Shown piece by piece: positions 8,703 through 18,812 of a DNA stretch of 64,000 bases (position 1 is the first letter of the stretch; each line of letters starts with the position of its first letter). The stretch lies in the sequence record OZ346158.1. One strand, 5' to 3'. The translations under genes were made by a program, and so were the position numbers. Source of the stretch: a phage. Below the pieces are notes generated by a model, which did not search any database, had not been told where the DNA came from, and worked only from the letters and a program-made list of their open reading frames with translations.

Positions 8703-11700
8703 ATGCTTCCAATCCCTTTGCTAAAACTTGGTCGTCATTTCCTCGATAAGAGGGGTGGAATTAAGGAACTTGCTGTTCTGTCATACCCAATAGACAACAG
8801 TGATGGTACAAGCAACACAGTATCCTATGTAAATAGCTTGGCTATACTTTTTGATGATGGTCAGCTTAATATTACGGGCTATAACAAGTTCGGGGAGTGT
8901 CGCACTGGGGATCGTAACCCTATAAACTACCCAAGCGAAACAGCCTGGAATGTTGATCATGTGTGGAGAGCAGACCGTGCGTTTGTGATCCGGACTTTTG
9001 ATAACCAGTTTTTCTACATCGGCTGCACTGCAGGTCTTATCGGATCCACTGCGGCAGGCGGTAATGATGTTTGCGTAAACGAGTGGACACCTCTTCCGGA
9101 ACAGATTGTTAAAGGGTTGCACCTTGACACCCACCCAGAGCGCCTTATTGAGGTGATGGGTGGTATTAACAACACTGTCTGGGTTATTGCAGAGGCAGAA
9201 GGCACTGGCATACTTAAACTATATGGATCTGGTAACAACACCTACGGATCTTTGCATGTAGATAAAAATCAGCATGCAACCCCTGTAAAGATTGGTGAGA
9301 CATCGGAAAATCCGGAAACAGGTCCTTGGAAAAACCCAAGCATCAACTGCGAGGTGCATGACAACTCTGTTATTTTCGGTGGTCCTAGAGGCTTCTGGAT
9401 TGCTGGATACGACTTTCTAAGAAATAACAGTAGAAACGACCTTGTTTGGCCTCCTGTGCAGATTACTCGTAACGATTTGAGGGGCATTCCTGCAGATGAA
9501 GAGTGGAAAGGGTTTATGTGCGGTCCTAACGGGGCAATAATTGCCACACAGAGGATGCACAAACCAAATGACCAGCAGCTTGTTAACGTATTCTACGGGC
9601 AAGACGTTTGGGGAGATGACACGTGGCGTTCCTTAAATATCACCTACACCCATGAGGTGATAATGGCTCGTGGATACGGCACAAGTGGCATTTTCTTCAA
9701 TAATGGCACTAAACAGTATCGTGGATTCTCTCGCAACTTGTGTAATGATATTGGTGCACAATCTGCAAACAATAGCCCTAGGGCTAATTTTATCCACTAT
9801 CAGGCTCTTGCTACAGCTAAATATGTTGAGCAACGCCTGCCAGTTAGCTGGACAGAGAGTGTTTATTTCCAAGGCATCCACAGGGAAGGTTTCTTAGGAA
9901 CCTTTACTGTTGTTAATGGCAAACTTTGGTGGTCAGGCATCCCAAGGGGGAGTTTTGCAGGATCTAACAACCTCTTTGGCGGCAGACTTAACAGCCAAGG
10001 GTTCACAGAGATTCCGGAGAATTGGTATAAAAATGTCCCGGTAGATAGCTGGGGTATCGAAGACATCTTTGATGTCAATGGTGTGAGCAATGTTAGCAAC
10101 ATTTACATCGGAGATACTGTCAAGATGAAATTGAAACCTCAGCCGGAGGGTGCTACGTTCATTATTGACAAGATTGAGTTGGTAAATGCTGCAGGCACTG
10201 TTGTTACAGATGCAAACTATCAGTTCTCCACTAACTGGAACCATGGTGGTGCTAACGAAGTTGTGGTCACCCAGTATAACCGTAACATCAACAGACGTGG
10301 TTTGTATTCTATCAAGATCACCTACCATGACAAGCATGGCACTGGAAGAACCTATACGACAAGAACTTTGAACTGGAACACTATAGTTCCTGCGTATCCG
10401 TCCAACGGCAAGTGGCATACCGTTGGTAGAAACAAGCAGTTCCATGTTAACGATACTGTATACTTTGGGCTGAATGGGACCCAGCCTGCAGTAGAAGGGG
10501 ATACATCGTATATGGTCAGACTCCACAGAATGGATGCTGGATCAGTCACTTATGATGTGACCCAAGAGATCTACGATCAAAGACGTGCCACGTATGACAA
10601 TATTGTAAAAACACAAGCCTTGTGGGAGTTCAATCCTAATGGCAAGGGTGGTAAAATGTTGCAGGTTAATGAGCAGAACGGAACGTCGTTGACTGTTCAC
10701 GAACACCCAGACCCTTGGCCTGATCCTGGAAAACCTCACCCGGGAGCTCGTACACTGAAAATTGTCAGCCATGATGCAGGATATTTCGGAATACGCTGGG
10801 AAGCTACAGTAAGATATGTCGACGGGACAACAAACAACATAGGGATTACACTTGGCGGCACTAGTGAAGATAACTCGCTGAAAATTGCCTACACGCCCAG
10901 AGGTATCTCTATTGATAGTATGGATGTTGTTCGCAATGGCTACGGCGATGTGAATGTCAAAGTTACTCTTGGCGAACATCTTGGTGGGGAAAGGATCATC
11001 ATGTATGCCTTTGATCATGATCCACGCACCAATGGAACTTATGCAAATCAGGCATGGAGTTACCTGATAAATGCACCTGAGCCGAATACTAAAGAGTTCT
11101 ACTATGGTATGAAGCGAGATGTGTGCAAGAAAACAGGAACACATGACTGGATTGCTATCTGCGTTAAAGATGAGCGCACAGCTTGGGATGAGCCTGTTAA
11201 CAGATGGTTCATAGGTATTCCTACCAGAAGTGATAAGTATGTCGCAGAATATATTGTATGCATGGGCGGTACCAACCTAAACATGTGTTGGAACGAAGAT
11301 GTAAACAAATACTCTGATTATGACTATATGAGGGATTACTCTTGTAATTTGTGGTTTAACCAAACTACAGGTTACCCTCCAAGACAGGCGAGAGTAAACC
11401 CTGCAATCTTCACAGACACGCAGGTTTTCTTGACAAAACAGGCCAACGAGGTTCAGACCTTCAAGAATAAATACGATCCTAACAAGTGGTTCTACAACTG
11501 TTACGGCGCATTTTTCTGGGGACCTGGTGAGTTACCTGGTGGGGGATCTTGCTTGAATGAGGCAACTTACGCAAGTGACTACATCATGGGGCAGGTCAAG
11601 AAGTATAAGATAATCCCCGGTCCTGAGACTTTGGGCAATGCCGTTGACCCTTATATCATCATGACTGCACTGAGATCAAACATGGATGGGACATCCATGT

Positions 11701-14339
11701 CCATGCAAATTCCGGTAACAAACGGATACAAACGTGTTGTGATGATCATTAAGTGCGACCTGATAGGTAAACAAGTTCTTGCAGAAAACGGGACATCCAC
11801 ACATCCTTTTGAGATCGCTCTGCACTATCAGTTTGCTGACTCACCTTTTGCAGGGGATAAGAGAATATCTGATACAGACGCACAGCGTTGTAAGAAAGTA
11901 TTGTTGGGTGCAGGTTGGTGGTGGTATGAGTTTGATTTAACAGACAAATTCACCGACACGTCTAAAGTTGTAACAGGACTTCGTCTAGACCTTGGCGAGA
12001 ACATGCACAAAGCTGTTTGTGATGGCACCTATGGTGACCCTACAATATACCTAAAATATGTTTCTTTTGAGCATCCGGAAGATGTTGTCTACGGTCCAAA
12101 ACTGAGATTGTTTGGCAGCTGGATTGCAAAAGATAGGGTAGGCATGGGTAAGAAGGTAAGAGGGCTCTTGGTTGATGCAGGAACAGAAGACATGCTGGTT
12201 AATGCAGTGTGGCCTGAATTACCTGGGACTCAGTGGGACAACTCAGCCAAATCTATAAACTGGTTTAACATTCATAGGGCCATGTGGACCACTAACTGCT
12301 ACTTGTGGAGAGAGCTTAACGATCAGGCCTTTGGATTCAGCGATGGTAGAAGGATGGCGATCATTTGCTGGACAACACTGCAAAGATGTTATGACCATGA
12401 CTATGAGATTGGGGGCAGGGCATGGAAAAATATCAGGGATAGAATCATAACCAATTTTGCAGACGACAACGGTGGTGGAGCACATAACTTTGGCACAAGC
12501 CGACTCATCCATTTGAACGGATCCTCAGCCTACAAGAAAGAAGGTTACTCTGGGTCTATGATCGAGTGGGGTCTGGTGAAAGATGCTCGCGTATTGATGG
12601 GCCAGCAACTTGCTGCCGCAATAGGTCCCAGCGCAGTGCAGTCGGTTAAACCAGCGTGGTTCGATATTCCATTGTGGTCACCCGGAACACCGGGAACTGC
12701 TGCAATCAACCCTACCACTGGGGATCTAGAAATCTCCTGGGAGGACTTGAAGCAGGTCGGTGGTTGGGACAAAACAGGGTACCAGGTTCAGTGGTGGAGA
12801 GCTGATGGATCTTTAGCTGCTGATGAGTTTGTTAAGGACAATTTCTACACTATGTCCTCTGCAAAAGCACAGCAATTATTTGGTCAGGCAACTCCGTCAA
12901 CGATCACCATGTCTATGTGCTGTAAAGACAACAGGACTGGAGCTTTGGGGCCAAGGGTTGCTAAAGTTTTCTCAGGTATTAAATGGAATCTACCTGTCCA
13001 AAGTATTTCATGGAAGCAAATAGGTGATAACAAGCTGCTGGTTACCCCTGCCTGTCAGTTCAACGCAACTCTTAACGTTGATCCTGCTGTTGCGGCAAAC
13101 TCAGCTAAAGCTTCTGACTTCTCTGTGTCTAACACTGCTATGGCAGATGTGAGGAAGATTGACACGCTGAACGCCAGAATTACCTGTAAAAACACTTATG
13201 GCACATTCCAGATCATCAACAACTTCACAGATGCTGATTCTAAGGTAGTGAGGACAGCAAGCCAGACTTTGAGTTTAGGAACTCTGGCCTATGCGGCCCT
13301 GATCACTGAACAGTCGGCAACACTCCAAGGAGGTGGTGTAGGCAAGTCCATTACAACACCTGTGTGGAAGCCAAATGAGTGGGTTGTGTTTGATTTGACT
13401 GTGGACTTCTCCAGCGATAATAACTGGACATGGGTAAGGAATTGTTTGTCACAGTTGATGGGCGGTCCAAGCTCCGTTAGTGATAGTCACGACTCTACTG
13501 ACCCGAGTGTGTTCCAGGTAGGTAAAACTCACCCAGAGACTGGAGAAACGTTGCCTGACAGGAAGTATGCTTTGGTTTGCATCTCTTACGGGAAGGCAGA
13601 TGTCACCTTCTCAGGGACACACACTTATAACGGAACCTACAACTTCTCAAGGAAGTATAGTCTCAAAGCAGGGAACATTATAGACGAGGTTGGTGTGCTG
13701 TATAATCCGGGCAACGGCATAGGGATTGTTGGTGGTAAACTGCAGATGCAGGAACCTTCTATTACCCCTTCCAACGTATCCGGGATTAGAAAGACTTGGG
13801 AAAGTAGTAATACCAACATTGCAACAGTGGATGCCACCACAGGACTGGTAACATTTAAAGCTACTGGGAATGTCACCATAAAGTTTGTAGTTACAGATGA
13901 TGCAGGGCGCAAAACGTCTTCAACATCTTTTACTGTCAAACAGATGGCACCACAGTGGAGAATGTGGATAGGTACAGCAACAAACGGGGCATACCCTAAT
14001 CCGGCAGGTACTTCTGGTATGAAGACTTTCTCTACAAGCAAACCGATGGAGTACGGCAGCGGTCCTAAGGTAGGGCAGATGGTGTACTTTGGTGCGTATA
14101 TTCCTGAAATTATAGGGCTTCCGAGAAGTCAGCTTCAGTTGCTGTTTGGGGCTGGTGTTGACGATCTTGCCACTTTCGGGTATAGCGACAACATCGAGGC
14201 TGCAAGGAGTTCAGGATGGGTAGGGTTCAGAATGGAGTCTGGAAAGGAAGGCAGGATTCTAGGGACAGCCTCTATAGGTGTTATGTTCCCTGGTGACCAG
14301 CAGTATCGTCTAGAAGCCTACGCAACCTTTTCTCGTTAA
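8703..14339 (+). CDS. giant virion protein (1878 aa) with C-terminal bacterial Ig-like (Big_2-type) domain; probable host-recognition/tail protein
   Basis: 5.6-kb uninterrupted ORF; Ig-like segment ...VSGIRKTWESSNTNIATVDATTGLVTFKATGNVTIKFVVTDDAGRKTSSTSFTVKQ near C-terminus; last gene of structural block. Confidence 0.7.
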   Translation: MLPIPLLKLGRHFLDKRGGIKELAVLSYPIDNSDGTSNTVSYVNSLAILFDDGQLNITGYNKFGECRTGDRNPINYPSETAWNVDHVWRADRAFVIRTFDNQFFYIGCTAGLIGSTAAGGNDVCVNEWTPLPEQIVKGLHLDTHPERLIEVMGGINNTVWVIAEAEGTGILKLYGSGNNTYGSLHVDKNQHATPVKIGETSENPETGPWKNPSINCEVHDNSVIFGGPRGFWIAGYDFLRNNSRNDLVWPPVQITRNDLRGIPADEEWKGFMCGPNGAIIATQRMHKPNDQQLVNVFYGQDVWGDDTWRSLNITYTHEVIMARGYGTSGIFFNNGTKQYRGFSRNLCNDIGAQSANNSPRANFIHYQALATAKYVEQRLPVSWTESVYFQGIHREGFLGTFTVVNGKLWWSGIPRGSFAGSNNLFGGRLNSQGFTEIPENWYKNVPVDSWGIEDIFDVNGVSNVSNIYIGDTVKMKLKPQPEGATFIIDKIELVNAAGTVVTDANYQFSTNWNHGGANEVVVTQYNRNINRRGLYSIKITYHDKHGTGRTYTTRTLNWNTIVPAYPSNGKWHTVGRNKQFHVNDTVYFGLNGTQPAVEGDTSYMVRLHRMDAGSVTYDVTQEIYDQRRATYDNIVKTQALWEFNPNGKGGKMLQVNEQNGTSLTVHEHPDPWPDPGKPHPGARTLKIVSHDAGYFGIRWEATVRYVDGTTNNIGITLGGTSEDNSLKIAYTPRGISIDSMDVVRNGYGDVNVKVTLGEHLGGERIIMYAFDHDPRTNGTYANQAWSYLINAPEPNTKEFYYGMKRDVCKKTGTHDWIAICVKDERTAWDEPVNRWFIGIPTRSDKYVAEYIVCMGGTNLNMCWNEDVNKYSDYDYMRDYSCNLWFNQTTGYPPRQARVNPAIFTDTQVFLTKQANEVQTFKNKYDPNKWFYNCYGAFFWGPGELPGGGSCLNEATYASDYIMGQVKKYKIIPGPETLGNAVDPYIIMTALRSNMDGTSMSMQIPVTNGYKRVVMIIKCDLIGKQVLAENGTSTHPFEIALHYQFADSPFAGDKRISDTDAQRCKKVLLGAGWWWYEFDLTDKFTDTSKVVTGLRLDLGENMHKAVCDGTYGDPTIYLKYVSFEHPEDVVYGPKLRLFGSWIAKDRVGMGKKVRGLLVDAGTEDMLVNAVWPELPGTQWDNSAKSINWFNIHRAMWTTNCYLWRELNDQAFGFSDGRRMAIICWTTLQRCYDHDYEIGGRAWKNIRDRIITNFADDNGGGAHNFGTSRLIHLNGSSAYKKEGYSGSMIEWGLVKDARVLMGQQLAAAIGPSAVQSVKPAWFDIPLWSPGTPGTAAINPTTGDLEISWEDLKQVGGWDKTGYQVQWWRADGSLAADEFVKDNFYTMSSAKAQQLFGQATPSTITMSMCCKDNRTGALGPRVAKVFSGIKWNLPVQSISWKQIGDNKLLVTPACQFNATLNVDPAVAANSAKASDFSVSNTAMADVRKIDTLNARITCKNTYGTFQIINNFTDADSKVVRTASQTLSLGTLAYAALITEQSATLQGGGVGKSITTPVWKPNEWVVFDLTVDFSSDNNWTWVRNCLSQLMGGPSSVSDSHDSTDPSVFQVGKTHPETGETLPDRKYALVCISYGKADVTFSGTHTYNGTYNFSRKYSLKAGNIIDEVGVLYNPGNGIGIVGGKLQMQEPSITPSNVSGIRKTWESSNTNIATVDATTGLVTFKATGNVTIKFVVTDDAGRKTSSTSFTVKQMAPQWRMWIGTATNGAYPNPAGTSGMKTFSTSKPMEYGSGPKVGQMVYFGAYIPEIIGLPRSQLQLLFGAGVDDLATFGYSDNIEAARSSGWVGFRMESGKEGRILGTASIGVMFPGDQQYRLEAYATFSR

Positions 14340-14351
14340 CAAGGGGGTAAA

Positions 14352-14384
14352 TAAAAAGGGGCCAAACGGCCCCTTTCTTTTTAT
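14352..14384. terminator. bidirectional rho-independent terminator between convergent blocks
   Basis: AGGGGCC-AAAC-GGCCCCT hairpin flanked by A-run upstream and T-run downstream; sits between + gene ending 14339 and - gene ending 14387. Confidence 0.75.
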
Positions 14385-14386
14385 AG

Positions 14387-14587
14387 TTAGTAATACTCCC
14401 AACATGCCCCATCTTCAGACGGCTTGACGCGCTTACCTTTATGGTCAACATAGGTATAGCCACAACCTTCACAAATAACAGGTGCTGCATAGCCTTCCTT
14501 CCACTGATCCTCAGTGATCAATCCTTTCAGATCTCCGCAGTCACGACCAAACAACTCTTCAGAACAGTCTTTACAAAAATCAGCCAT
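14387..14587 (-). CDS. small zinc-ribbon-like protein
   Basis: 66 aa with two CxxC pairs (CKDC ... CEGC). Confidence 0.5.
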   Translation of the reverse strand: MADFCKDCSEELFGRDCGDLKGLITEDQWKEGYAAPVICEGCGYTYVDHKGKRVKPSEDGACWEYY

Positions 14588-14656
14588 CTCTATCAGTCTC
14601 CATATTTAACCAATCTATATTACATATTGCCGAAGAAACAGTATTTCATTTCATCA

Positions 14657-14875
14657 TCACAGATCTCCAACAACTTCCCAAATACCCCAGTGAGCATCTA
14701 TATCCTTGATAAAGTATCTTTCTCCACGGTTTGTCCACACACCTATCCCAACTTTACCATCTATCCCATTGTATACATCTGCCTCATACTCTTTGCCCGG
14801 TGTAAAGTGTACACCCATCATAAGGGCTGTTATTCCATTAGGATTTTTAAATTTAACAAATTTTACTTTGCTCAT
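14657..14875 (-). CDS. hypothetical protein
   Basis: 72-aa ORF co-oriented in - strand block. Confidence 0.45.
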   Translation of the reverse strand: MSKVKFVKFKNPNGITALMMGVHFTPGKEYEADVYNGIDGKVGIGVWTNRGERYFIKDIDAHWGIWEVVGDL

Positions 14876-14876
14876 A

Positions 14877-15206
14877 TTACTTAATCCTTGCAGTTACAGT
14901 AGCGCTATACCCCATGTAGTTATGAGACATAAAGAATGTAAGCCCTTTAAGTTCAGGATTCTTTCTAAGAAATCGTTTCAATTTTCGAATGCAATTAACA
15001 CCATGATCATAGTTTGAGAAATTAAATTTAATACCCTGCTCCATCATAGTGCACACTTCTTCATGGGTATGCCATTGTCTATCGTGGTCACAAAACCAGT
15101 AACCACTACCTTCTTTTTCTTGGATATGCAATCCCCAAAATACTTTATGCATTGGATATTTTGGTTTTCTACCATGATAATGTAGTTTAATATTCACATG
15201 TGCCAT
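14877..15206 (-). CDS. hypothetical protein (His/Cys-rich)
   Basis: Start moved to ATG at 15206 (MAHVNIKL...) because the longer ORF start at 15254 lies inside the -10 box of the upstream promoter. Confidence 0.45.
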   Translation of the reverse strand: MAHVNIKLHYHGRKPKYPMHKVFWGLHIQEKEGSGYWFCDHDRQWHTHEEVCTMMEQGIKFNFSNYDHGVNCIRKLKRFLRKNPELKGLTFFMSHNYMGYSATVTARIK

Positions 15207-15244
15207 TTTTTTTTTTGTTACTCCGTTCTGTATCTGTGATAATG

Positions 15245-15274
15245 AGAATAGCAAACTGGGGTGTGTGCTGTCAA
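15245..15274 (-). promoter_or_regulatory. sigma70-like promoter (TTGACA-18-TATTCT) on - strand
   Basis: Reverse complement reads TTGACAgcacacaccccagtttgcTATTCT just upstream of gene 14877..15206. Confidence 0.4.
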
Positions 15275-15379
15275 CAACATTTTTAAGCGTTTTGGGGAAG
15301 TTTTTTGAAAGGTGGGTGTAATCACAAGAGAGGGTGGAGTTATTGAAGGCACAGGCCTCTTTTGAGGCCTTAAAATCGA

Positions 15380-15760
15380 TTATGACACTTTGACGTAGCG
15401 CTCTGACAGAGCTGGAAAGCCAAAAGCAGTACCTATACTACCGTATGCTACCCACCATTGAAGTTCATCGTGACACCATTTTCCGATCAGGAAGGTGCTG
15501 GGGTAGCGGGTCAGTATTTTGGCATAAGCTTTAGGGTCTGCATCTTCTGGGATAATGATACTTGGAACATCTTTGTTATGGCCACAGCAGCAGTTTAGAG
15601 TTTTCAATCCTGCCGCCCATAGACTCATGATAGGCTTAGCCATGCACTTATCAAGGCACACACGTTTTTTGCCGTCACGGAGCTTTTTAGGCACATCAAC
15701 GATAACATTTTGATGCTTGGCACCTTTCACTTTCCAATTATAGGATCTACACTTGCACAT
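15380..15760 (-). CDS. hypothetical Cys-rich protein
   Basis: 126-aa ORF; several Cys clusters (CKC, CLDKC, CCCGHN) suggest metal binding. Confidence 0.5.
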   Translation of the reverse strand: MCKCRSYNWKVKGAKHQNVIVDVPKKLRDGKKRVCLDKCMAKPIMSLWAAGLKTLNCCCGHNKDVPSIIIPEDADPKAYAKILTRYPSTFLIGKWCHDELQWWVAYGSIGTAFGFPALSERYVKVS

Positions 15761-15790
15761 TTAATCAGTCTCCATCTAGAAAGCAATACT

Positions 15791-15961
15791 TTACTTAAAA
15801 TCTTTGTCACCTATTACGATTGCACGAATCCACTCATTGTGATGTTCAATGGCGGTAAGGTGTAACATAATGCAGTGATTGTCATTACCAAACACGGTGC
15901 GGTAAGCTTTAGCAGCACCATGATATAACTTCCACATCAGGTAATGATATCTTCGCCTCAT
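15791..15961 (-). CDS. hypothetical small protein (56 aa)
   Basis: ORF below the track cutoff; ATGA overlap with stop of upstream gene and GGAGAAAGAG RBS. Confidence 0.35.
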   Translation of the reverse strand: MRRRYHYLMWKLYHGAAKAYRTVFGNDNHCIMLHLTAIEHHNEWIRAIVIGDKDFK

Positions 15962-16437
15962 GGCTCTTTCTCCGGTTCAGGATCTGGGTAATCTTCAATA
16001 ATAAAGGGCCATCCGTTCCGCTTAGCCTCAGACTTGTACTCAATCTCCTTCATTGCAAACTCTAACTGATTTTTAGCCGGAATACATGCCGGAGAATCAT
16101 CAACCCAGATATCTGGGTAGATATCAAACTGCGCCAGGTAGGCTGCCTTCTGAACACCGCCAGTATAAAACACACCAACATCGAGCTCCTTGCGCCAATA
16201 CTCAATGTCCACATTGTCTTGAGTAATGAATCGGAAAGTCACAAGGTATACTGTCCACCCCTCCTTCTTCAGGTCCCTGATCAGGCGGGAGAAGATGAAA
16301 GGGCTCGCATTAAACGTTCCATCAAAGTCAATGGCAATGATGTGCGTGCCGTGGCGAGTCTCATATGGATTGCTTGTGGTAAGATTGCTGTAGTTAAAAG
16401 GGACCTCTTCCCCGCAGTAGCTGTAGTCCATATTCAC
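15958..16437 (-). CDS. HAD-superfamily phosphatase-like protein (nucleotidase/phosphatase)
   Basis: 159 aa; HAD motif I IAIDFDGTF near N-terminus and acidic motif IWVDDSP later. Confidence 0.65.
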   Translation of the reverse strand: MNMDYSYCGEEVPFNYSNLTTSNPYETRHGTHIIAIDFDGTFNASPFIFSRLIRDLKKEGWTVYLVTFRFITQDNVDIEYWRKELDVGVFYTGGVQKAAYLAQFDIYPDIWVDDSPACIPAKNQLEFAMKEIEYKSEAKRNGWPFIIEDYPDPEPEKEP

Positions 16438-16709
16438 ACCTTCTCGTTGATAAATTTACGGGCGGTTTGGTGAGTTGTTTCTGCTGTCTTCAGAATAATA
16501 TTAATTTTATCGTCAAGATCATTCATCTCAGCAGTTAATTCAGGAATCTCTCCGGCATGCATAGTGAAATCATACATAGACATGCCAAGAATCTCATTGA
16601 TTCGGCGGTTGCATTCTGCAGCACGCTGGTTCATTTTCCAAGCTAACACCAGAGCCTCTTGCGTAGCCTCCAGTGCAAAGTCTAATACGTCAGCTTCTTC
16701 TTTCGTCAT
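16434..16709 (-). CDS. hypothetical protein
   Basis: 91-aa ORF, start overlaps upstream stop. Confidence 0.45.
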   Translation of the reverse strand: MTKEEADVLDFALEATQEALVLAWKMNQRAAECNRRINEILGMSMYDFTMHAGEIPELTAEMNDLDDKINIILKTAETTHQTARKFINEKV

Positions 16710-16764
16710 CTCAGTCTCTCTTGTTGTATTGTTGGTAGGTGCATGAACACCTTATATCTCACTT

Positions 16765-17331
16765 TTATTCAAACTGCAATAGTAAGTCCACCACCGCGCT
16801 AGGTCTGTCAACAAATTCCCCAGGTCCACATGCCCACAGAGGGTATCCGTCTACATACCGCCAAATCCAACCTGCAGTGTGTAGCTCAAGCAGGGCAGTA
16901 CCGTCCTTACTGTCAACCACTCTTTCCCACAGTGTTGGGCAGCGAAGCTTGAGAATCGGATCACCTCCCTTATACCCGTCCATATAGATACCCATTGCAA
17001 AGTTCAGCATCATCTTTTTGTGCACTGATCTCTTACTGAGAGTGCTCATCACTTCCTCTTTGTGAATGTTTGTAAGCTTCTCTTTGGCTACCCGCAGATC
17101 GTTGCAACCATTGTTCAGCAGATCTTCCAGACACTTGATCCGAAGGTCGTGAATGTCTTTGTCGTGTACCGTTGGCACAGGGTCGTAGCGGTATAGCACT
17201 GTTGATACAAGGTTGCTCGGGTGTGGGTCTGACAGCAACCCATAACCCCAATACTCTTCTGTATCTGAAAGGACAAGACACCCAATGTCTCTGTCAAGCT
17301 TTCCTGTGTTGTAAGCCACATTGACCGCCAT
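16765..17331 (-). CDS. hypothetical protein
   Basis: 188-aa ORF in co-oriented block. Confidence 0.5.
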   Translation of the reverse strand: MAVNVAYNTGKLDRDIGCLVLSDTEEYWGYGLLSDPHPSNLVSTVLYRYDPVPTVHDKDIHDLRIKCLEDLLNNGCNDLRVAKEKLTNIHKEEVMSTLSKRSVHKKMMLNFAMGIYMDGYKGGDPILKLRCPTLWERVVDSKDGTALLELHTAGWIWRYVDGYPLWACGPGEFVDRPSAVVDLLLQFE

Positions 17332-17333
17332 GA

Positions 17334-17579
17334 CTATAGCTCCACTAACAAAGTGCTTTCAAAGTGCCGTTCATGCAGACCGTTGTAAGGGACCACTTCT
17401 ACAACGCCATCACGGACATATGGGGCCATCATGGTGGTATAATCTCCAAACGGGTTGGTATTGTCACTAACCACAACCACCTTCTGCCCTTCCTTGGCAG
17501 AGTGCCAAATAGATCTGCACTTCATCAGGTGTTCGAGAGCTCCAGGTAAAATTTTGTTACGTTCTTTACGGGTCTTCAT
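17334..17579 (-). CDS. hypothetical protein
   Basis: 81-aa ORF, 4-nt overlap with upstream gene. Confidence 0.45.
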   Translation of the reverse strand: MKTRKERNKILPGALEHLMKCRSIWHSAKEGQKVVVVSDNTNPFGDYTTMMAPYVRDGVVEVVPYNGLHERHFESTLLVEL

Positions 17580-18025
17580 AATAGGTATAGCTCCTTATGA
17601 AAGTAGTCTTTTAATTTCTCACTGAGAAACCTCTTGATACCTTCCTCTAAAGTGTTTTCGATGTAGTCCAGCTTAACTGCTTCGATGGACATATCATAGA
17701 TCGCCAGCTCTAAGCTGTCAAGTCCCATCATAGCATGAACCATAAGATTTTCATCTTCAGATACATTCAGGGGACTTCCTATAACATCTGTAGGGAGGAT
17801 AGTTTCCCAATTATTCTGGGTGGTAGTTCTCCCGCCATCCACTTTACGGCGTAGTTCGAAGGTGTTCTTAGTGTAGAACACTTCATAAGAAACGATACGG
17901 CTGTCGCTCTCATAATAAACGAAGTTCAGGTAGGAGCCTAGCCGCAGTCGGCAAACTTCTACCCCAAACCATTGTTTCTTATAAGAATTCAGGCTAATGC
18001 TGTCGCATTCACGTTTGCTCAACAC
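17576..18025 (-). CDS. hypothetical protein
   Basis: 149-aa ORF co-oriented. Confidence 0.5.
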   Translation of the reverse strand: MLSKRECDSISLNSYKKQWFGVEVCRLRLGSYLNFVYYESDSRIVSYEVFYTKNTFELRRKVDGGRTTTQNNWETILPTDVIGSPLNVSEDENLMVHAMMGLDSLELAIYDMSIEAVKLDYIENTLEEGIKRFLSEKLKDYFHKELYLL

Positions 18026-18041
18026 GGCTCTCTCCTTTTTG

Positions 18042-18275
18042 TTAATCTTCGTAAATCAGGATTTCTGCTTTAGGTTTTCGTGCTTTCAGGTCCAGCTCTA
18101 TCCAGTGCACCATAGCTGTTTCAAGAAAAACAGCTTGGATGCATCCGTCCTCAGCGTGCCCCACCAACATAACAAGATCTTCACCTTCGTCATCTGCATC
18201 ACGAACATACAGAATCTCTCCAGATTCAAAGTCTTTCACAACCTGATTGCTGGATAATTTACGAATTTTTGCCAT
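18042..18275 (-). CDS. hypothetical acidic protein
   Basis: 77-aa ORF. Confidence 0.45.
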   Translation of the reverse strand: MAKIRKLSSNQVVKDFESGEILYVRDADDEGEDLVMLVGHAEDGCIQAVFLETAMVHWIELDLKARKPKAEILIYED

Positions 18276-18276
18276 A

Positions 18277-18540
18277 TCAGAAACCCTCTAAAAAGCTCTT
18301 GTAGAAAATAATTTCAGTGTCCACACCTGTCACGATCTTATCGTTTCGGATCTCATCTGTGAGGTAGGTATCGAAACGTAGTACTTGTGTGGTATTGTCA
18401 CACATCCACTCAGCTGTGACCATTGCGAAAATCTTAGCATCTTCATTATCTGGTGTGAATGTTACCACCTCGCCGCACTTAAACTTTTCGATAGGTTGAG
18501 TGTTAGCTTTCGGTTCTGCGATAGTGATTTTCGTGGTCAT
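18277..18540 (-). CDS. hypothetical protein
   Basis: 87-aa ORF, tight spacing. Confidence 0.45.
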   Translation of the reverse strand: MTTKITIAEPKANTQPIEKFKCGEVVTFTPDNEDAKIFAMVTAEWMCDNTTQVLRFDTYLTDEIRNDKIVTGVDTEIIFYKSFLEGF

Positions 18541-18806
18541 TACTCTTCCTCCATAGTTTCACCAAATACTTCGATACGAGCATCGAGCTCGGTTGCTTTC
18601 AGCTCTCCAACAAAATATTTTAGTTCTTTCTCGTCCAGATCGTAAGCCCACACACAAGAAGAACATGCAGATTTCACAATCAGCAGCGTAGATACACGAC
18701 CTGACTCTGTGATCATGCTCACAATGGTTCCCACAGGGAACGTGTTGATAGCTTTTTTAACTGGGCGTTCAGCTTTAATTACTACCTCTGTTGCCATAAA
18801 TAACAT
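18540..18806 (-). CDS. hypothetical protein
   Basis: 88-aa ORF, overlaps downstream start by 1 nt. Confidence 0.45.
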   Translation of the reverse strand: MLFMATEVVIKAERPVKKAINTFPVGTIVSMITESGRVSTLLIVKSACSSCVWAYDLDEKELKYFVGELKATELDARIEVFGETMEEE

Positions 18807-18812
18807 CCTCTC

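Noticed and set aside
9933-10526. 197-aa - strand ORF inside the 1878-aa gene
   Set aside because: Embedded antisense in an uninterrupted 5.6-kb ORF; Cys/Ser-rich low-complexity translation typical of shadow frames
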